DNA from: Marsupella aquatica
Taxonomy: Eukaryota; Plantae; Marchantiophyta
DNA length: 64,000 nucleotides
Assembly (NCBI GenBank): GCA_973895155.1
Contig: OZ316894.1
Coordinates: forward strand, 12,068,828 to 12,132,827
Direction of reading: 5' to 3'
A model generated the notes under the pieces. It was given only the letters and a program-made list of their open reading frames with translations. It had not been told where the DNA came from and made no database searches. Made by a program: the position numbers and the translations under genes. Below are positions 12,082-22,211 of this stretch, piece by piece; the first letter of the stretch is position 1; the number at the start of each line of letters is the position of its first letter.

Positions 12082-14602
12082 CTGGCAACTGACAACCAAA
12101 AGGGTTGCACAACTCCTAGACAAGGAACCAGTGCAAGGACCCCTACTGCAGGCGCAACCACAAACAGTTTGGTACATAATAGAAATAATGATCAAAATGG
12201 TCAAATGACTTCAGTTAAGTAGTAGCCACTAAAGATATACCAGTAGATAAGGGATCCACTAATTTGACTAGTCCAATTTTTTGGGGGGGAAGGCTAATCC
12301 CCAAAGAGTGTGAGTGGATACTCCTCTCCTTCCATGAGAAGTAATTTTTGTCATAAAAGTTTGGATGCATGCATGTGGCCCATTTGATTTCCCTAAATTT
12401 AAGGAGAACTCTTTGATCTGGCAATCTAACCATCTCAGCTAGATAAAGCTGTTGCTAATTTGAGGGGAAAAATCTCAATTTGTTTCCTTTGCATTGAGTC
12501 ACCAAAGCATCTTCTAGGTAAGCTTTAGGCAAAATTTTGCCTGTATAAAAATGGTTGTCGCCCCTCACAGGTACAATAGCACTGAGTAAGTGCTATGCTA
12601 TGCTATTGTGTCCTGCTGGGACCACCTTTTCTGGTGCTCATGAGACGAACGTAAGGCGAACGAATTTACTGAAAAAGGTCAACAAAGTACATAATGCCAG
12701 TTCACACCTACAGTAGCATTTTTGTATATAGTAACGCCCTGCTTCTAGGGCATTTGTTGGCTACGATGTCATGTTGACTGACAAATTATAGGGTAAGTCC
12801 AAATAAAAAATTCATTGGAAGTTGATGATAGGGTGGACCACAAGGCTTGATCACACGACCCCAAGGTCCAAGCAATTTAGCCACCCAAAATTGTGAGCAT
12901 TTATACGAAGGAAAGGTGCTATCAAAGTAAAAAGTACCATTTCAGAGTGGTCCATATGGGTTCCTATGGTTCATCTGAGCATCTGTCCAAAGATTGTGGT
13001 CCATGGGAGCTTTGACACTCATCTTTCCTTTGGATTTTCACTTATAAACTTTAGAAAACAAGATATGAAATTTTCATACAGTCTACTGTGGCTAAGTGCA
13101 GGCTCCCAGGAAGAAGTCAGGAGTGTGCACTTATCTAGGGTATGCACTATGTCATAAGTGCATGGGAAATCACTTATGCGGTTCTCTAGAAGTGCATGGT
13201 CTGCACCATCCAATAACTGCATGAAAAATTGTTTATGAACTTCCACATATGTGTTGTCAGGTCCCACTAGAGGGAGATCCATTTAGGGTAGTTTGGGGGT
13301 CCAAGAAGGTCAGACGTGCTAACAACCTTTGGGGAGGCGGAGCCAGAGGGCAGACAACAGCTAACTAAAACTGACCACCCAGCTAAATGAGGAAGGAAAC
13401 TATCATAGAGGGAGGACCACCCTCTTACCCTCTTATTTAATAGGGTCATCTATTAAAAACTTTAATAAGAGTCCCTCCTCTTACAAACTATAGTGTTTTT
13501 CATGCCAAATAAAGACGGAAGCAAACTATATATCACATTGCCAAAAAGCAAAAACTCCCGAACTGGAAGACATGGTCTGAACGCCAAGCAAAAGGGAGCC
13601 AAAGAAGAATTGGAAAAGGGTGCCAAAGAAAGAGAGAAGCAAAAAAGAAGAAACTGAAAAAGGGAGGACTGGTGGATCAGGGCACCGGAAATTGGGGAGG
13701 TCAAGACACCCATGCACGAGGACCAAGGAGGATCCTTCCCCATCCTAATGTCCCATCGAGGAGGGGGAGTGCTAGGACCCACACAGTCTGTTGTATTCGA
13801 GAAAAATACTGACTAATACTAACAATAAAATTCAAATTACTAGTAGAAAACTAAGAAACAGGTACTGGGAAGAAAACATTGGCAAAAAAACCAGAATCAA
13901 GTTCTAATAATGAATCTTGTGCATGGATGGGACAAGGAAGGATGAGTTTTGAGGATAATCTTTTCTGTAAATAATATCTTTTACCCAACATCATCTTTGT
14001 GCAATAACATCGTCTCTACAAAAGACACCTTTTACAAATTAAATATATTTTACATTATGACATCTTCTGTGCAATGTCATATTTTCCGTGAACAACATTG
14101 CTTACGTGTTAACATCTTTTCCACAAAAACTTCTTTCACATAATGATGTTTTTTTGCAGTGCCATCTCTCGCGCAACATTAATTTTTCTGCAAATGACAT
14201 CATTTGCACATTATCTTTCCCACAAATTATGACTTTTACGCACTAACATCTTTTGGAAAACAACATTTTTCTACAAACATTTTTGACGCAGACACGCTTA
14301 GACAGGCATCCGTACTTTGCTTGGAAACCTCATTTAAGGATAAACACACCTGATTATACCAGCCACTTTTTTTTGGTATTTGGAACCATGTCTCGAGGTT
14401 AGAGATAAAATCAAATGATGGGGCAGCCCATGGGTTTCTTTCCTCAGAAACCTCGTGGGTTTCTGTACACCTGTTGTTCATATAGTTGCGAATTCTGGTC
14501 CTATAATTGACTTAGTTCAACACTCTTCATTGACTAGTAGATCCAGCTCACTTACTCAACTAGTCTTGCCGTTCTTAATGGCTATTTCTCTGATGTGCAC
14601 AG

Positions 14603-14682
14603 GGAAAACTCTGCTTGTGAAAACTTTGGCTAGCTTTGTAAATGTACTCTTTGTTATTGCAGATGCTACAACTCTTACGCAG
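14603..14682 (+). pseudogene. CLPX: Orphan exon of ClpX (ATP-dependent Clp protease ATPase) with flanking intron sequence
   Basis: AG|GKTLLVKTLASFVNVLFVIADATTLTQ|GTAAG matches the ClpX Walker-A segment (consensus GKTLLAKTLAR..NVPF.IADATTLTQ). I saw no other ClpX exon in the window, and conserved Ala, Arg and Pro positions are substituted. Confidence 0.85.
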
Positions 14683-14824
14683 GTAAGATGCTTTGGTGTT
14701 TGGAACGTAGAGTGCTCTCCTTACACAATCATCCAGTATTAAACGTTGTCTTACCTCACAGGGTTGCTGGTGTTTAAAGAGTAGAAATTTCAATATTTAG
14801 ATTGATATGGCTTAAATATGAGTG

Positions 14825-17800
14825 TACTATCAAGGGTTAAAATATCTGGAACAGTTTTGTTCAGTTGGCTTTGGTCAGTTGGCCAGAGGATGAGCCTAGA
14901 ACCGAGAGGTCCCAGATTCAATACTCCTTCCACGCACAAGGGGTGTGGAGGGTATGTGTGTATGTGGGTGGGGTGTAGTGGTGGGAGGATTGATTATCTC
15001 CTCAACCCTGGTTGCCTATTTTGGGTTCTAGTTTAATCCTCTCTTCCTCCTTTTTGGGTTCTAGTTTAATCCTCTCTTCCTCCTGGTCTGGTCCCTGTCA
15101 GATCCTTCCTCCTGGTCTGGTCCCTGTCTGATCCCTTGTGGTTGCCCTACATTGAAATGCATGTTCCAAAGTAGGACGTCTATCCTATGTTAGATGGGCC
15201 TTTTCAAGGCAAATAAAAAAATCTGGAACAGTTTTGTTGTATTTGGGAATCATCCGAGATTTAGATGTGAGCCTAATGGATTCCCAGAGATTGGATCTTT
15301 TTTAGTAACGTTCATGCTGAGCGTTATCTGAAAGCTCTCCTCTGAGCTTCTCCTTTGGTCGCCTAAGAATTGCAAACCTTTCCCACAACAAGGAGGGTTC
15401 CAGCCTTTTCACATGGCAGCATCTTCGCTGAGATGCAGCTTAAGCAGCCAAGAAAATGCGCATACAGTCAGCGAGGATTATGAATTAGGGTTGGTTCGAG
15501 AAGCACGAGCTAGGCCTCCGAATCTCGTCACGCACTGCAGAAGCTTCTGAAAACATTCATACTTGTTTCTGCGAGGGCGATTCGGTAACAGCCTGTAGAG
15601 TAGGATCACTTTCCTGGTGCAAATCTTATGCTCGCTAAGGGTCCCCTTTGCGTCCAATTCGTTTTCCTAACGATTACATCAATTGCGGGGTTCCAGATTG
15701 TGTTGGATTTTGGTGTGGTGCAGTTACGAGATAGGATCAGAAATGATTGTCAAATACTAGTTATCGGTGCGGGTGGTCTGGGATGCGAGCTGCTGAAGGA
15801 TCTGGCTTTGTCTGGCTTTGGAAGGATTGAGGTTATTGATATGGATACCATCGACGTTTCCAATCTGAATCGTCAGTTCCTTTTTAGGTATTGTTCTTGT
15901 GCAGACCCGATTATCCTCCGTCTTTGTCCCTCCCACCACTGGGAGAGAGAATTGCTCACTAGGAATATGTACGTGAAGGGTGGAAGACCTTCTGGACCAT
16001 GGTGATAATTCGCAGCTGTTGGATTACAAATAGGACGCTGAGCGAACCAGTCGAAGGAAGCACTGGTCAGAGTACCCTTGAATGCTGATGATGCAGCCCT
16101 TCTTCATGTTATAGGAGGACCTAGGATGGACGTCATTCTTCAGATTGAATCTACTGAGCTTCGTTGTATGAAGTCACACTTGAATAGAAGTCCTGGCTGA
16201 GGATGATGCCGGATGCGTGATGTTGGACAACCGAAAGCAAAGGTTGCAACCGAGAGGATAATGCAGCGGGTGAGAGCTGTAAATGTTGTGCCACACTACT
16301 GCAGAATTGAGGATAAAGACCCGTCGTTCTTTCAACAGTTTCAAATCATCGTCCTCGGCTTAGATTCCTTGGAAGCTCGAAGCTATATCAATGCTGTTGT
16401 TTCTAGGTAACATCCCTGCCTCCTTGGTCCTGGTTACTTTACGCATCCTTGACATGTTAGCGTTTTTGAATTGTAATAGGTCAATCTCACGAGGAGGTAA
16501 GCATTTGTTTAGTACCTTGCAAGCTAGTGCATTTAAATATCTCTTTTGTTTACTCAAATACATGTCTTCAATCATTGCTTTTGATTGTTACTTCGAAGTC
16601 TATACATCCTAAGTTACATTTTTGCAAAGGATCTGAGGCAAAAACGGCAATGTTTGTTTTTTGGTGGCTTAAGAATATGAACCGGATGGAACTCCTGACC
16701 TGTCAACCATCAAGCCAATGGTCGATGGTGGCATGAATATCAAGGATTTCATTTTCGTTCGAGTTTCGATGCAGATTAACTCAGAATGTACTATTTTTGT
16801 CATTGTATATTGCTTGGTTTGTTTTTACGAAATACAAGAGAGATCCGGCAGATAAGGATGGGCCTCTCTGTTTCGTTGGACTAGTTGATTAGTTGAGTTA
16901 AAAGTACATTCTGCCCTGAATAAAATCTGTACTCGAATGGCAGATACACAGCCACAGACGGTGTATATATGAGGACTTTTCCAAATGAGAAGGACCCCAC
17001 TGTATTATTTGCAGTCCAGGGGTACCAGTTGAGGGGTTGATAGCACAACCACATTGCAAAAGGTCAGTTATTAGGCTTTTATGAGATTTGCAATCGTCTG
17101 TCAGGCTATACTTTATCGTTATTTCATTTGTGCCATTGTCTTGTGTTGGGGATGACAGCCTCCTTACGTGGTCTTGTATGCATTCTTGCAGTCTCATTTG
17201 CTTCAAGACTGTGTTTGGGATGGCAGCCTCCTTGGTCTTGTATGCATGCGCAGAGTTTCATTTGCTTCAAGACTGTGTTTGGGATGGCAGCCTCCTTACG
17301 TGGTCTCGTATGCATGCTTGCAGTTTATCGACATCTTATTGAGGGATCCAAGATTCAAGACCAAAATCCTAAAACCTAGTGTTTCTCTACGAGGGACCAA
17401 CCTTTACCTGCAAGCTCCCCCTATCTTGGAGGAAGAGACGCGCCCAAATCTTTCACAAAGTTTGTTTTCTCTTATGTGTGAACAAAACTCAGGTGGAATT
17501 TTGAAATATTAAGGACAAAATGTTGAAGGGAGTATTACGAATTCTTTAATTTTCAAGGAAGCAATAGATGTGGATCCTATGGGTGATGGCTGATGTATGC
17601 CAAACAGTTTAGCTGATCATTATGTTGTCATACTTTGTCAGATGAGGAAGGCTTTGCTGACAGTCTCTCTACTCCTAGAAATTGGCAATGTTTACCTTTT
17701 CAGGCTACTGGACTCAGTACAATGAACCTCGTCGGAAGTTTGCATTACAGATGTTCAGAGCTACAGTTTTGAACCTCATGACATTCGCTGTAGATTTTTG

Positions 17801-18484
17801 AGACCCCAAATGTACATAAAGAGGGCTAAACCTCCTCAGCGACTTTGTGGATACACATTTGCTTATGAATTTACCGTGCGTCTCTCGAAATGTTTATTAC
17901 AAATGGATGAATACGTGGACTCTTGATTAGTATCGAGCTTGCTCTTGAACATAGCTTTTCAGACTGCGTGGAACTAATCTGGAGATTGAAGGCGTGCAAA
18001 GCAGTGGAGACGGGAAAGTACTCGTTCATTTTGCTGCCAGCCAGCTTGAGTTTTGAAGTACAAATCGACCACATACTGTACTGAAATGACTAACATAGTC
18101 AGTCCCTCTATGGCTCTAAGTTTCTGTAACTTGCGCTCCTACCGACTTTAGCCCAATTAAGAAGAACCGCTTTTCTTGAAGTAAATATTTGACCTGCGTT
18201 ACTGTTAATGGCATGTTCAAGTGCTATCACGAGAATGTCTAACGATGACGCTGTCGCACACGCAGTTCATTCTTCTCAGCAAGATGCTGAGCTCCAAAGT
18301 ACCGTAATTTGTATACAAGTGGAAATCGATCATCGATAGTCTGAATTTGCACATGTGAATAAGTTCGTCAAAATGTTAACTTCACAGCCTTCAGCAAGCA
18401 GATGGAGCTGCAACGTATCCATGATATGCGGTAAAGAGAAAACACACTATTGCTCACATTCAACTAAATCCAACGTCCAAATGA
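14825..18484 (+). pseudogene. Decayed partial duplicate of the UBA3/ECR1 locus (copy of ~39550-43769)
   Basis: Colinear with the intact gene from intron 1 to its 3' flank. Lacks exon 1; exon-3 acceptor AG>CG (~16210); 8-bp frameshifting deletion at the end of exon 3; ~1.0-kb deletion at ~16731 (parent ~41087-42087); premature stop in the last exon. Confidence 0.95.
14862..15220 (+). mobile_element. tRNA-derived SINE, ~360 bp
   Basis: 18-bp TSD ATCTGGAACAGTTTTGTT (14844-14861 and 15221-15238); A-box-like TGGTCAGTTGG (14872-14882); T-arm/B-box-like GAGGTCCCAGATTCAATAC (~14906-14924); A-rich tail AAATAAAAAA; absent at the homologous site in the parent gene (~39569-39590). Confidence 0.9.
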
Positions 18485-18589
18485 ATCGAAGCAGTGAGAA
18501 TTCTATCGCGTCTTGTTTAGGCTTTTATCTGCATTGGCCCAATTCGTTTCGGAGAATGTCGGTCAAATAGAACTACCTCGTTCACATCG

Positions 18590-20168
18590 TTAACGTCGAT
18601 GATCTTTCCACACTTGCAATGAATTGGAACTTTTGCACACGCATCGATCAGACAATTCAATACTCCACGTGGAGCGCGAAACGATTAAATGTTTGACTAA
18701 CCGTCGACATTTCTTTGCTAGCACAGCCGTTAAGCATGAAATTTCGTTCTTTGTAACAACGCACAAATCAATCAAGGAGCCAGACTGCTCATTCTACATA
18801 GCGAACAATTCGTTCTAAATGTCAAGAGCTCATCTCAGCCAAGCCTGCGATAGACTTTCAAAGGGATGGAGACGAAACTGGTCCAGTGTATTTCGTCAAT
18901 TCTTTAATCGATAGTGGAGATTTAAAACAATTGATAGATCTAGCGCTTGCAGAGACATGCAGTAGCTGTCCGATTATGTGATGAGCTCGCAAAACGAGAA
19001 TGCACGTTCAACGAGAAGGATTAGAATGTTAGGACTCTAGAGCCAGAATTCTCATCCAATTTAGTATTTACTCAAAAGTGACATGCTGAAACATTGAATG
19101 ATTCTCGTCAATATCTTTGGTTTTTTTTTCCTTGCAGTAATGGTTTTTATTTTTGTCAGGCCAAGTAGTCCAACACGCCTAAATTTGTCTGAGAATTTAT
19201 CGGACAGAGTCATCTCGAAGAGCTCTAATGCATATTGACGCTTCTCTTTCGGGGCAAGTGAGAATAGATGCGAAAAATCATTTCTATTAGCTCACATTTT
19301 CCCAATTGACGCCCATTTGGGAACCACTTCCTCAAAATTAGATTTCATTTTCATGAAATTCAATGCTTCTTTCATACGGTCGTCAATCTTATAAACAGCC
19401 TTTTTCCAAGTTTTTTATACCTGTTTTGACGATGTCGAGGAAGATCGGACGGACCTTAGAAACCAGAAGCGAATTCTTCTTCATTTCATCATCATTAGAT
19501 GACTTGATTTTGAGTAGTTTCTTCACTACTTCGACAAAAACACCAAAAGGCAGCTGCGTGTACCACATTGGAAAAATGACCGTCACTTTCAATTTGTCTG
19601 AAATTTTCTTGACAAACGATTCAAGATTCTTCATCACAAGAAAATTCTCAGACATACTTCCCAGATTTTTAAAATATTTTGTAAAGTCATCTTCAAGCTC
19701 CTTAAAAGCTTCCATGCAAACCAGAGAAAAATTCTGTTGAATCAAGAATTCTCCCCAATTACAATGTAACACCCCTGCAACAAAATGCTGAGTTTTTAGT
19801 CGGGGCAGGAATGCATTTATCACCATTAGAGGATTCTCATTTTTACTACTGGATCATATTTAGCTTTCTCTGTCTGAGATGGACAAATCAATTTCTCATC
19901 CATGTCTACACAGGTTTTCAAATAAGAAACATCGGTTGCAGAAATCATTGGAAGAATAACGGCTGTAACCTTTCACATTTTTTGAAACAGGAAAATGAAT
20001 TTCCATTTCCCATCCAACTTGGCGTGTGGACAAGCAGCCCTTCACCAGTACGCCCGCTCCTGGCGAAGAGAAGACAGAAATACAGAATGATACTCTCCCA
20101 CAGAAAATGTCATGGCCGTTTGTATGAAACACCCAAACCCGGTCTAGCGCTCACTCATGGATACTCTC
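18590..20168 (-). pseudogene. Decayed long reading frame of unknown family
   Basis: ORFs 20132-19896 and 19826-19389 lie in the same frame, separated by only three stops. Protein-like sequence continues after a frameshift in an A-run (KAVYKIDDRMKEALNFMKMKSNFEEVVPKW...). Confidence 0.5.
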
Positions 20169-20450
20169 CTGCATCACATACATAAACAATTAATTAAGAT
20201 AGTCTCTACAATGAGAGTGTCAAAGAGTGCCGTGGACAGTAGTCGGTACTCTGCAAATGAGCAAAACTTGACACTTCCTGTGAATTTTCTTTGCAAAGAG
20301 AGTCACTTGGAACAACACTCACAAATAAAAAAACTAAAACTTTAAGGGACTAGATTATCAGCCTCCACTAATTCACGGCTTGTGCTTGTCAACAGTGCAC
20401 ATACACTTTTGAGGGAATCCGATCTTACATTGACAGAAACCCTAAACTGA

Positions 20451-20676
20451 AGCATCCCCAAAGTTTAGTAAAAAGCTATTTTAGTTATTGGGTTGGATCA
20501 ACCCCCAATTACACGATCGAAAGCTTGCCAATAAGGGTTGGTGACACTTTAAGGGTAGAAGGACTCTAGTGTAAAGTAGTGAGGATCTAGTTAGAGTAAA
20601 CGGGTTGGACACTACTTTTTGCATTTTAGTTAGTTGGTTGGTCAATACCCAGTTACATTACTGGTTGGAGATGCTC
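20451..20676. mobile_element. Degenerate Harbinger MITE related to 11126-11545
   Basis: Right end GGTTGGAGATGCTC intact; left end degenerate (AGCATCCCCAA); a further decayed end near 20775-20790. Confidence 0.5.
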
Positions 20677-21244
20677 TATGCACAGTAGGACGCTACTGTA
20701 AAGTAGAGAAAATCAAGTCACTTTACAGTGGGTGAATTTAGCTAGTAGGCTGGTCAACACCCACTTACATTATGGTTTGAAGATGATCTAACACAGTAAG
20801 GCTCTAGCGTACAGTAGGCAAGTCTTGCCAGCCAGTAAGTTTCCCATAAAGTTTACCCTAAGACAAGAAAGCAGAAAATAGGGGGCACTAATTTATCTAA
20901 AAAAGAGGGATCAAAGATTTCTAATTAATACAATGAAAATTTATCTAATGGAATTTTCCCTTCTGCAATCTGTGATGAAAAAACTCAACAAAAATGGCCA
21001 AAAACTCACTTTCTTTTTGATGAAAGTGTAGCTACCCTGCTCCTCTAGTATATCCCCAAAACCATACAGTATTTGAAATATGGATAGTTATTATAATTAA
21101 AGTCAAATTCTGGGAAATGTTGTCCATGGGAGTTTGAAAGACCAACCTTGTGGTCCATGGGGCCTTCAAATGCATCAACAGAACAGGAAAAAAGGTCCAG
21201 AGATACCAAAGAAAAATGAGTTATAGGCTTGGTGGACCACCAAT

Positions 21245-21450
21245 ATGAAAAGTGTTACTTGATACGGACAAGCATATACCCCAAAATGAAAAGTGTTACT
21301 TGATGGGACAAGCATATACCCCCAAAATGAAGTGTTACTTGATGGGAACCTTGCGTCCAAACCATTCATAGACACTTGAGTCATCCCCAAAATGAAAAGT
21401 GTTGTTACTTGATGGGACCCTTGCATCCAAACCGTTCACAGACCCTTGAT
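21245..21450. repeat. Four copies of ATGAAAAGTGTTACTTGATGGGAC-type motif; same motif recurs at 46062-46196
   Basis: Direct observation; at 46 kb the motif occurs in both orientations. Confidence 0.8.
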
Positions 21451-21920
21451 TTATCCAGAGCATTGGTAGATATTAGATGAAGGTACCCAAAACATCATGG
21501 GTCCGATTAGGTAGAAAAGTTTCAAAGCAAACACCTCAAAGAAAAACTAACAAAGTCCAGTTTTGTGGTTCGCGTTCTTTTGCCTCTGCTCGTTCGTTCG
21601 TTCGTTCATTCAAGAAAATCGGTGGCACAGAGATGCAGCAGGAAATCTTCCATCGTCAATCTTCGGCGGCGGCGTTGGTCAGTCTCTACGTCTCCAGTAA
21701 GATAATGATAATATCGGAAGTGTTGTGGTCTCTCCGCGCGACAGTCCTTCTGATCCACCACCATTCATTGATGCTTCATTGATCCACCCGCAGACCAGAG
21801 AAGACTCAGATTACACACAGGGGATACCTATGGAGTGCCTCCGAGTATGAGCATTAGCATCCTTCGTAGCTGAGCGAGAATCCTTCGCAGCTGAGAGAGA
21901 CATCTCAGAGGGCAGGGCTG

Positions 21921-21989
21921 ATTAGCTTAGCATTAGCATTAGCATTAGCATCCTTCGCAGCTCAGAGAGAGAGAGAGAGAGAGAGAGAG
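21921..21989. repeat. (TTAGCA)n and (GA)n microsatellites upstream of ADCS
   Basis: Direct observation. Confidence 0.85.
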
Positions 21990-22211
21990 TGGGCCCAACT
22001 GCTTAAGGAAAGAAAAAGAAGGTCCGTCGGATTGGCCACAATTGTGGGATTGAGCCCATTGGGTGGGCGCCCACACAACGCCGCACACGCTCGCACGCTC
22101 ATATCACTGACAGGACCGGATTGAGCGAAGTTTCGGACCTCGGAGGACGGGATTGAGCGAACTTTCACTGTTGGGAGGACTTCTGTGCTTCCGTATGTGT
22201 TTGTGGGGGGC

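Noticed and set aside
14825-18484. Haplotype or assembly artefact duplicating UBA3
   Set aside because: The copy has many substitutions, a 1-kb deletion, a private SINE with TSD and a different repeat number, consistent with a real older duplication.
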